From a virus, in the IMG/VR virus record IMGVR_UViG_3300027668_000013, positions 13,558-77,557 of that record: a DNA stretch of 64,000 nucleotides. The stretch is one strand, 5' to 3'. Below, one piece after another: positions 19,701-31,700 of the stretch. Numbering within the stretch: the first letter of the stretch is position 1; every line of letters starts with the position of its first letter. The translations under genes and the position numbers were made by a program. Under the pieces are notes generated by a model. That model saw nothing but the letters and a program-made list of their open reading frames with translations, did no database searches and was not told the DNA's origin.

Positions 19701-22700
19701 CCTATTTCTTGATTTGTTTTTATAACAAGATCAATCATAGGTTTTTTAGCTGTTGAGAATAGATTCGACATTAAAGTTTGAACATCGTCAAATGCTGTTT
19801 CTTTCATAGCTCCAACAAAAGTCTCATTTATAATTGCCTTGTACTCTTCTGCAAACTCTCCATCTAAAACTTCTTGTTCTAATTGTTTTGTAGCTATATG
19901 TTCTGCAATTCCAGAACCAGGCCCTGTAGTATCATACTTTGATGCAGTAACCATTTTATTAAATTTTCTACCAAGTTGTTCTTGTTCCATAAAGAATAAG
20001 ATCAATCCTGGATCGCTCTCGCCACTAACAATCATTTCTTCTATCTCAGCTTCAGTAAATTCATTTGGTCCTTTAGAAGTTAATTTTTCTAATTCGGATT
20101 CTTTCATATTTAAATGAGAAAACTTTTCAAATGTTTTACTCCAAGGGTTTATAACACTATTGGTTGCAGAAGTTGTTTTTAAACTACCATTCTTAGTAAG
20201 CCCAAGTATTTTAATATGATCTTTCTTTTCTTTCTTAATTAATTTACTGTTTTGAGAATCTATATTTTTTACATAATTTCTTATTTCTGGAAGAGATAAC
20301 AATCTGTTTGCAGTACTTGCAGACATTCCTTGTCTCAACATATAAAATACAGTGTTTGCGGTATTTAAATTGTTGTTAATTAAAGATATAAAAGGATCTT
20401 TCGCATTATCAACATATGCATTCATATAAGCCGATAAAGTTTCTGAAATAGATCTTCCATCAGTACTATAAATCTCAGCCATTTTTACAGCTTGTAATAA
20501 GTTGTGGTGAGTTAAATGATTTGCTGTTATACCAACACCTGCTTTACCACCAAGGTTTCTTTCTCTTATTTCATTTTGTGTAAATGGAGAAGCAAATTCT
20601 AAAGAACTACCAGGCCTCTGTTTAAAGAACTTAGCAGCAGCTTCATCTCTTAATCCTGTTGGTAAAGCCATGTAATTATTAAAAATTTCAGTTGGACTTA
20701 AAGCATCTCCTTTTTCATCAAGGAATAAGTTTAAGTCTACGTTGTCATCTGTCGCATACTTAGTATTTTTAAACCAATTTACAAATTCTTCTGTATTTTT
20801 TCTAATACCTAAAGTTTCAGTAAGAACATCCTCTAAACCATCTTTTTTAGAAGTATTGTCTTCTGATATATAATTTAATAAATGTAAATAATAAGCTTCG
20901 TTCTTTAACCAAGTTGTATCTACAGGTAATATAGCATCTGTAAATGTACCTTTTGATTCTAATACACTTGCCCACATTTCCAATCTCTCGTTTTCAAGAG
21001 CCATTTCAGCTCTTTTACGAGCACCATATTTCTTTTTAGTTTTTGGATTTACTGCAAGTTTTGAGTTTTTATTATTAACTCTTTCAAGTATACCAGACTT
21101 AGGATTAAAGACAGTGTTGTACATCATTACGTACATCTTATCAATATCAAAATCCGATCCTGTTTTACCAGTAATCTCATCGTACACAACTACACTATCT
21201 CCAGCAGAAGGAGGTAAAATTCCTACAATCTCAAGACTATCCATCCCTGAAATTTTTTGGTTAGGAATACGATAACCTACTATGTTCTTAATTGTATCTC
21301 CAAGTGCGTCTTTTAAGTCTTTATCACTCATGTTTTCCCAACCTGGAATATTTTCTACATCTTTAAATGGTAAGTAAACTTGAGCTGACAAAGAACCATC
21401 CTCACGAATACGAGGACCTTTTAATTTGTTAGTACTCTTTGGGTCATAACCTTCTAAATGTCGAATATTATTTTTAGTAAATTTATCGATTTTGCTATAA
21501 GCAGCTGTTTTTTCAAAACCTTCTCCAGCAATTTGTACAAAAGATCCACCAGTAGATGTTAATTTTATAGTAGCCTTTTTAAGCTCGGCAAATATTTCTT
21601 GTTCTATTTTATCAACGTGTTGAAATATTAAACTTAAAGGAACCCTTGTTTCAAGTTGTTCTATTACGTTCATATCAACATTATCTCTTTTAAATTTCTC
21701 TATTAAATGTTCATAGATAGCTTCTTGATTTGTAATTCTTCCGTTTACTACATCATATTTTTGATCAAATTTCTGTCTACCTAAATGAGAAAGAACACTT
21801 TCTACCGCATTTATTTTTTGAGCCATTTGATCAGGAGTAAGTTTTTTTCCATTAAGAACGTATTCTCTTACATATTCTCCGTTAGCATTTCTTTCGAACA
21901 TATTCTGAAATATGTTTTTACGAGGTTGTGAACCTACAAGTGCTTCACCTTTCTTCTCATATTTCGTAGGTAAATCTTGTTGTAGTTTCCAATGATAATT
22001 AGAAAGAGTAGTTGTTTTATAATCTACTTTACCACTAATTACATCTTCTTTATTATAAACCGTACCTGCACCAGACTTAGCACCAGACTCATATATTACT
22101 TCGTCAATTGGATTATTAGGATTTCTCATTTTTTTAAGCAATCCTTCATGTGAAGTTCCTTTAACAAGACTCGGCCATAATACAGCTTGTGAATATTTAA
22201 GATAAGTAGGTACTGCAGATCCATTTTCATTACGTAATTCAAAATGCATACCTTTTAGAGGTTGCATTGCTAAAAGATCTCTTGGGTCTGGATCTCCATC
22301 TTTATCCATTAATCTTTCAAAAGCTTCATCGTAATTAGTTGGCCAATTACCAAGTCCTATCATTAAAGACTTGAATCTTTCTGGAGTAATAAAAGCTTGA
22401 CCATCTGCTTTATTTAACTCGTTTTTACGATAAGGTTTTAATATTGCTATTGCTTCTTCTTTAGTGTATGCGTTAACATCTTTTCCATTACGAACAATCT
22501 TTTGATTCATAAGATGATTTAAATAATCATCGTACTGCTCACTTGTTTCTGTATCAGCATCTTTTATTACTAATATTTTATAGTCTTTAGGAGTATTGTA
22601 CTTTCCAAATTCATCTTTTGTAAAAATTAAATCTGAACCTTGACCTGAAGTAGCTGGTGTACGTTTAGATATATCCTTATAGAATGCAGGATCTCCTGTA

Positions 22701-25700
22701 AACAACATTGTAAATTCTATATTTGCTGTCATTGAATTTACCATATAATCAAGAACCATATTATTAACAGCATCTGTTTCAGTTGCGTTTTCATTTTGAT
22801 AATGATTTAAAACGGTAGAATCTATACCAATTATTGTTAATCCTCCTTCTGGATTTTCTTTTATAATATTATTATCTTTTAAAGTCTGTACAGCTTTTTC
22901 GTGTTGTAATTCTATAGTTTCTTTAATATGGTTTTTAACTTTTATTACAACTTTTTCGTCAGAAATATTTACCACACCTTTACTATCAAACAAACCTATT
23001 TCTTTTGCCAAGGTAGTTCCAAATGATAATTCTGGAAACCAGAAAAACTTTTTACTTCCTTCGTTATCAAAATATTCGTTTCCGGTTTTATTTTTTTTGT
23101 TTCGAGCGTTTGAATATCTATCTACTTCTGCAGTAAAATATTGAAACATATCCTCTACGGCCTTATGATCGGCATTACCGTTTTTATCTACATTAATTAA
23201 TTGTCCATTTTGAGCAACCCTATATTGATCCATTGGGAGCCCAGTAAACATAAAGTGAGAACTTTTATCTGCAAGTGTAAGTGGAGAAAATACAGAACCA
23301 TTTTTATTTCTAACTCCATTTAAAACTTTGTTCATACTATCAAGTTGCATATCAACAGTGGTCATGTTCTTAAACGCTGTACCAGGATCTGATGAGTCGT
23401 TCTCAACTCTGTTTGATAAATAAACTTGTACTGCAAATTCTTCTAATCTTTGCTTACTTTGAGAACTTAATTCTTGAGGTTCTAAACTATTAAAGTCATA
23501 CTCATCTCCAAGTAAGAACTTAATCCATTTTGAAGACTGATGATATTTACCACTATTAAGTAATTTACTTAAAGATGTATGGTCTTGTTTCCACTGATTA
23601 ACATTTTTACTAATAAAGTTGTTTAATGACTTAGTCCAGTACAAGTTATTCTCTGGTCCTAAAACCATATTTTCAAGAGTGTCTTTTTTACGGTATCCTT
23701 CAATTGATGCAAAAGTTTGGAAAATAGAATTTTCAGTAATAAAGTCTGAATTTTCATCTGTATCAAAATCATAATCTTTACTAATCATTTTTTCTAAAGT
23801 CAAAGACTTATTGTTTCTTGCGTAAGAAGAACCTGACTTTATAATCTTTCCGTTTGCGTCTTTTACTTGTGTAGTTCCAGGCTCAAGAAAAGGGAATATC
23901 ATTTTCTTTAAAAAAGAGTTTCTAAACTTACTCGCTTCTGAAGCATTAGTTACTTTTTCATAGACTCCAGGGACAACTTGTTCTGTAAGTTGACTACCCA
24001 TTACATATGATTGTAATGATTCTGGTGAAACTTCGATACCTAATGTATCAAGAGCATCTGAAATAGTAATGTAATAACTAAAGTCAAATTTTCCTTCGTT
24101 TCTTTTGTTAAAACCTTTTAAGTCATCATTAAGTTCTATAGCAATAGATCTAAATGTTTCAACAACTTCAGATAATTTTTTTCTTGCACGTACTTCAGTA
24201 GCCGTGTCTGGTTTGAAATCACCATTTTCAATAAATTTATACCTGAAGTTTTCACTAAACTGGTTTCTTAATAATTTAGCATGTGATTGTTGATCTGCAT
24301 TTCCTATTTTATAATTATACTCCTCCCCTTCGACTATAACCCCAGTGTGATTGTACGTAATTTTTTGTTTAGAAAACGCTCTATAAAATTGAACCTTTTT
24401 AAATAAAGGAACAACGTCATCAGGAGCTTCCAATTGACTTATCAGTTCATTAAACTCTGGATGAGTTACTGCTAAACTTTTTATTTTGTTTAACATTTTA
24501 TCAACTTGATCTCCGTTAGAATCTTCAACAATGTTAGCAAGACTGTCTTCTAACATTCTCCAAGACACTTCAAACGGAGCAAGTTTTTTAAACTTACCTC
24601 CAAAGTTTTTAGAAGTTGTATTTGGATCAGCTAACATCTTTACCATAAATCTGGTATTGTGTGTAGCATTGTCTTTACCAGAATAAGTAAGTGCTTGTCT
24701 AATATTTAAATCTCCACTCACATCATCTTCTTGTGTCTCACCCATTGGAGTTTCGTCTGTAATAGATTCAGAGTCTAAAAGAGCAAAGCTTTTAAGTGAG
24801 TCTTTAGATAGTTCTACAAGGTCTTTCCAGTTATCTAATTTTTTATCTGCACTATGAAGAAGTTCAAGCTGATCAAAAGTAACCCAATCATCTGTTACAT
24901 CAGCTTCATCGTATGCCATGTTTATTTCATTGACAATATCTTTTCTTATTATTTCAAAAATATCATCTAAGTCTTCAAAGCCTTCTTGAACAGATAGATC
25001 CATAGATCTTATCCCAGCCATTTGAATTGCTTGATAAGTAATGTGATCAACAGCTTCGTGTATAAGATCTTGTTTTATACCACCTTTTAATCTTGAATTA
25101 ATAATTCTTTTTGAATGAGCAAAAGGAGGAATGTAATCAAATCTACCTCTTCTTATTTGTGAAAATATCTTTCCTTTGTTAGTTCTAAATGCATCTACTA
25201 AGTCCATTAGTAAATCATAAATCCATTTAACAGAATTAGGAACCTTCATTGTTCTTTTAGAAAGCATGTACTCTCTAAACTCTTCTGCTAATATCTCTTC
25301 AGCTTGAGCAGCGTTTACAGCATATTTCTTTTGTACTTTCTTAAGAAGGTTGTTTCTTTCTCTTAAAGTTAAATAACCGTCCATTACAGCATGGAAACCT
25401 TCATGGTATGCAATACCTTCGTTAGCTCCGTTAGCAATAGTAACAACACCTTGATAAAACTGACCTTCTGCAACACCACCATAAGCACCTGCTATTAAAG
25501 TTTTAGCAACTTCAACTGGAACATGAGGTAATATTAATGCTAAGTTTTCAAGTTCTTTAGTAATGTCTGCTTCAGTTTTTCTTTTTGAGTATATTGAATA
25601 TGTAGGATCATCTTTTATTTCTTTTTCTATTTCTTTTTTTCTTTCAATAGGAACAGTATTTATTAAAGTTTGTTCTTGTGGAGTAAAATCAGTAATTATT

Positions 25701-28700
25701 TTACCGCTAATCATATGTCTGACTAACTGTTCTGCTTTTTGAGTATCAGTTCCTTTATTTTTATTATTAGCAACTTCTCCATTAGCTACAATTTCTTTTT
25801 GTTTAGTAGTTAACGTTTCTACTTCTCTACGATTTCTTACTTTTTTTGTACCAGGATTAGGTTTAGCTAACCCATTTGCATTCTGATTATCAGTCTCACT
25901 CGCTACTTTACCTTTTCCTTCAAGTGAAGTAGCAATTTTTATATCGGGTATATTTGTTGGAAACTTGTCTGTTTGATTTTCAGGATTTCCTTCTACTCTT
26001 CCATTAGCTTCTTTTTGAGTTACATTAAGAGGGTTTCCTTCTTTTTTTCCAGAAGTATTATTTTTATTTTGATAAACAGCCTTTTTCTTTGGTGCACCTT
26101 TATCTTTAAATTCATTAGGTCCTGGAGTAGTAGTATCGACATCTGCTTCTTTAGCTATTTCTGCAGCAGTTTGTTCTTTTTGTGCAGCTGCGTCTTTTTG
26201 TGCAAATGCTTTAACTGATTCTTCAAGAATGTTTTTAGTTCTACCAAATACTTTTAGTATTGCCCCACTGTCAGTTTGAGACATGGACATCACTACACCT
26301 TTTCTATTTACTACATACTTAAACTTGTTTTCCTTTCCATTTTTATCTACATACGAATCTTCAACAACAACAGCATCTCCTTTTTTTATTTGATAGTTTG
26401 CAAATATTTTATTTCGTACTGTATTTTTTGTACCCTCTTTAAATGCAAAAACTTCTACACCTTTATGATTTAAAATTTGAGAACCTTTAATAAAGTATCT
26501 TGATTTTTTTTGCTCTGCTTTAGGAGCATTTGGGTTCCTTATATAAAAAACTTCATTTGAATTAGGATCTGTAATATCAGGTACTGTTTCAGATTTAGTA
26601 GAGGTATCTCTTGATGGGAGTTTTCCTCTTATTTTATAAAATTCTCGACTTGCAATAACAAAATTTATAGCGTCTTTTACAGCGTCTTTTCCTTTAAACG
26701 TTGTTTGTTTTCCATTAATTTCTACATACCAAACACTTTTTGCTCCTTTTCTAACTCCGATGTCAAATGTTTTACCAAAACTATCTACTACTTTATTTAA
26801 GTATTGTGCATCTGTTAAAGGTTTAACTTTAGTAGGAATATAAGCTACTGGTAATACTTCTTCTTCTCCTATTTTATCACCAGCATCTTCTATTTCTTTT
26901 CTAACTTTTGGATATAGTTCTGTTAGGTATTCAATAGCTTCTTTTGCAGTATAAAATGACTTTGATTTGTTACGACTTTTTACATTAAAAGTATTTTCTC
27001 TTCCCCCCTGTGTTATCGTAATCGTATTGTTCTTAGGCAAAAACTCTTTGAAATGATTACTAAGTTCCGTAAGTTTAGAAATATCAGTTAATTCATTATC
27101 TGCATTTTCTTTTAAGTCAGAAGGTTTTACCTCATCGTTAGATTTAGATATTTCTTCTTCTTTTTCTCTAATCTTTTTTTGAGCGTCTGTTTCAAATGAA
27201 GTTCTTTTTGTTTCTGATTTTTTGAAACCAGTAGTTTTTTTGAAAAAAGAATCTTCTCCATTTTTTAAAAGAATCTCAATAAGTCTTTTACCTGCTTCAA
27301 CTCTTTTAGCAGGCATGTCTTTTGTTCCATAATTTGTAGCAATCTCTTGTAAAGTACTAATAATACTTTCATCACCCCTTTTCTTTAAAGTAGATCTAAT
27401 TTCTTCTACTAATTGTTTAGCTTCTTCATTGTTTGGAAAAACTTGTTCTTTAAGAAAAACTGTTAGTGCGTTATACGTAGTATAATTATTTGCCTTTATT
27501 CTAAGAGCATCTAATCCTAACCAAGTTTTATTATAAAAATTTTCTGAAAGAACAGGTTCTGATTTTATAGAAGGATCTGATATTGCTTTTATACCAGCAA
27601 GAGTATCATCGTAATCATAAAATTCATGAATGTCTTCTTTTGTTATTTCTTCTTTCCCAGTACCAGTTAAAAACCCCCAGTTTGATGTTTCTTTTTTACC
27701 ACCAATCTTTTTCCAGTTCTTTGGTTCACTCATAATAACTGTAGGATTAACAAACAGTCTATTACTTGGGAATGTAGCATTTGTACTTAATGCTTTTTGA
27801 GAAAATTGAAAATCATTGTAATTAGTATCTGAAGGAATTTCATCACCAAACCATGTAAATGTAGTGTTACCAACATCTGTTTGATTTAATTTTTGATTAA
27901 GAAATTTTGCATTTGTTGTTCTCCACATTACTGCAAGAGATTCTGCAATTTCTAATTGAACACTTGACTCTTGTAATTCAGAAAGTTCAACTTTCTTTTT
28001 ATTTTTTCCAAAAGTTATAGAAGGGCTTGGCTTGTCTGATAGATTTATCCAAAAAGGATATTCTGTATTTAAACTGGCTTGGCCCGTATAGATTAACAAA
28101 TCCATTATATCCTTATTTCTAAGTCCTGATATATTAGATTTTCCATTAAACAAAGCAGCAGAGTCGGCACCTTCAGCATATGCTACAAGTACTTCCATGA
28201 TTGCTTGTATCTCTTTATTTTCTAACTTTCTTGAGTTAAGTTTTAATGGGAAAGGTTTATTGTCAAGACTTCTTACTTTCATAAAAACAAATCCTGCAAG
28301 TCCCCCTACACTCGCTCGACCTGAGTTTTCAAGTTCTTCATCTTCTATATTCTCTTTAGTATCATACACAAGACCAACACCATCAGAGACTAATAATTTT
28401 CCTTCTCCGTTTGCTTTAGGTTTATCAAAAAACTCACTTGGATCATTTCTTAATCCTGTTTTAGTATCAGACTTAAGTATTCCAGTTGAAACACTTTCTA
28501 TTTTAGTTTCATATGTTTCACCATTTAGTAAAGCTTTTATTATATCTTTTCTTGCTGCAGTAACGGATTCGTACTGACCTTCAACATTTAAATCAAAAGG
28601 CAATTTAAAACGACCATAAACTTCTTTAGCTAAAACTTTTATCTTATTACCATTTCTATCATAAGCAACCATTCTAATTGGAAGGAATTGCATATCTTCT

Positions 28701-31700
28701 TCAGTTAAAGAATTTGGATCATTAAAGAATTTATCTATAGCTTTAGCTGCTTCACCTTCTCCTTTAGTAGCCCATTTTGCTTTACCGTCTGCTTTATCAA
28801 CTTCAAATCTAAAGGAAGTACCTCTCTTATCTGTAATCTCACTTTCTAACCAATCAGAAATACCACTATCATCTAAATCACCAACACCATCGGAAGAAGA
28901 AACATAGGCTAAACTCCAACCATACTTCTCATTCATTCCTTTTTGCTTACTATTATGAGAATTACTTATTGGAGGATTTATTTCAGGATTAGTAACATCT
29001 GTAACTACAACATCTTTATTAGCTTTATCCGCAGCTATTTCTTGCGCTGTAGCAGCAGCTGCTACTTCTGAAGCAAGTTTACCACTGGGATCAAGATTTT
29101 CAGTTATTACTTCTGTAACAGCTTTCAATGTTTCAGAAGTAGTTTGAGTTGTTCCTTCTGGATTTGGATTACCTGGTTGAGAATTATCTGTAACACCAGT
29201 AAGGTCTACTACTGAAATACCATCAGGTACTTCTTTAGGTCCTGTTTCAGCTTCAAGATTTACTCCTGCTGCTTTAGCTAATGCATCTATTTCAGCTTGG
29301 AGAGCATCTGCTTTATTAGTAACAGCTTGCTTTAATCCATTTTCATTTACTTCTGCAACAGTTTCAGTAATGCTTAATTTATTTTCTTCCGGTACTTCAG
29401 TAGGTACTTTATTAGCTCCTGTGTTTGTTTCTGTAGGTTGTCCTTTTATAGGCCCGTCTTCTCCTTTACCAACTACAAGGGCTCCATCTCCACCACCTTC
29501 TCCTTCAATTACTTCTGTTGTATTTTCTTCTTCAAATTCAGAATCTATATTTCCATCAACTAATGTTTCTAAATATTTATCAACTCTATATTTAAAACCA
29601 TCTGCAGTTTCATGAATTTCAATCGCTTTTAATTCATTGATTGCTATATCATATCGAGCACTCATTTTTTCTCTTTGTGCAGCAACCTGTTCTTTCTTTT
29701 GTTTGTATACAGTTTTTGCAACAGCTCTTTCTGAAATAGCTTTTTTCATTTCTGCTCTTTCTAAACTATGCTCTTTACGTAAACTGGATTCAGCTTCTTT
29801 TAATCTTTTATATTCGGTAGGTGAGTACTTTATATTTATTTTTTGTTTTTCTTGTAAAGTAAGACCTTCTTTGTTCTTACGCATGTATCCGTACTTACCA
29901 ATTTGCTTCTCTTGTTCAAAAGCATTAAGTTCTTGTTTAGCTTTACTGTAAGCACGACCAGTTGTAGATACTTTATCTCTTTGTTCTTTGAAGTCGTATT
30001 CGTTCTTTTCTTTCCAATCATCCCAGGCTTTAGAAGATTTAGCATCAATTGCTATTTTCATTCTTTTTATAGCATTAATTCTTTTCTCAGATCTCATGAC
30101 TTGGTCTTTGACGTCATTCATCTCATCTGTGATTTCTTTATTTGCTACATTTAATTTGTCAATTAAATCCTGTCTTTGTTTTTTACTTAACTCAACTTTA
30201 CCAATCATTGCCAGATTGGTATAAACATCTTTTTCATTAAATGTTTTAGTTTCAATTTCGTTTGTTAAGTACTCATGATATTTTTTCCTAAGTAATTTTT
30301 TAGATTTTGCAGAGTTTTCAAATTCAAAAGTTTTAGACAAACCTTGATACCCAACCCAAGCACTCATTTTTTTACCTGCTGTTTCTACAAACTTTTTATA
30401 AGAATCAAGAGATTCTATTTCATTATCAGATATGTATTTTCCAAATGATTCTGAACCATCTCCTTTCTTAACTTTAACTTCTTCTTCAAGCTTCCCAATC
30501 TTCTTTTCAATTTCTGCTTCTTTAGCAATAAGTTGTTCTGCTAATCCTATTTTTAATTCTGGATTTTTGTTAAGCTTGGATCTCATTTGATTCAATGCTA
30601 CCATTTCGGCTTTAGTAGCCATTAGTTCTAATTGTAAAGGACTAACGTCTTTTCCACTAACACTTTTAACTTCTTTTATAATTGAATTTCTACTAACATC
30701 TAAATCCTTATCAATTGCCGTCATTGTTTGCTTTAACCCATCAATTCGAGACTTTAATTTAAATAAATCATTTGCTTTAGCAGTACCATGTTTATTGTAT
30801 AAGCTCATGTAATCTGAAGAGTAGCCTTCTAATTTTGATAATAAAGCAGTTGCTTTTGTTTGATCTTCAGCAGTATATCCTTCTCCACCAGCTTCAACTT
30901 CTTTTAAATGATTTTCAAGACCTTCTATCATACCCCTATTTGCGTATCTTGCAAACAAGCCTTCAAATCTTTGATTTTCTATATCCTCCATTGCTGTACC
31001 GTCTTCATCTAATACAGCATCTTTATAGGCCATCATAAGATTACCTTCTTCTTTAAAGAATTTATCAAGATCTTCTTTTGCTTTTAGGTTTGTACCAAGC
31101 CTTCTATTTTCTATATAGTTTACGTATTCTTGTTTTTCAAGTGTGTGTTTATTTTTTCTTTCTTGATACCCTTTCATTTCAGCATCAAATTCTTTTACAG
31201 ATTCATTGTACTGATCTTCTGAAACACCAGACTCATCATAAACTTTTTTCTTTTCTCTGTAATCATCCCACTCTTTTGCTGTAACAACTTTAGATGCGTC
31301 TTCTTTACTAACTCCTTTATTAGCAGCCATGTATTTTTCAACAGGATCTAAAGGAGCGGGTCCTTCTGGAACAGATTGTTCCTTTACAATATCTCCTCTC
31401 TTAGGTCTTTCTTCTGTAAATTCTTTTGGTTTGGTAACAGGGTCTATAAGTCCTGCCGCTTCTCTTGCTTTAGTTATACTTGCTGAAAAAGCCTTTACAG
31501 TATAATGTTGAAAAGGACCTCCAATAAATCCCATAAAACCTTCAGTCAAACCTTCTTCGGAAGTTGCATAATCAGTAGCCCTACCTAAGTAAGAAGATTT
31601 ATCTTTTTGTTCTAATCCAAGTTGAATAAGAGCATCTCTTGTATTATCTTTTTGAAAGAATCCAGCAGACATTTCTTCAAATGATTCTCCTAATCCGTCT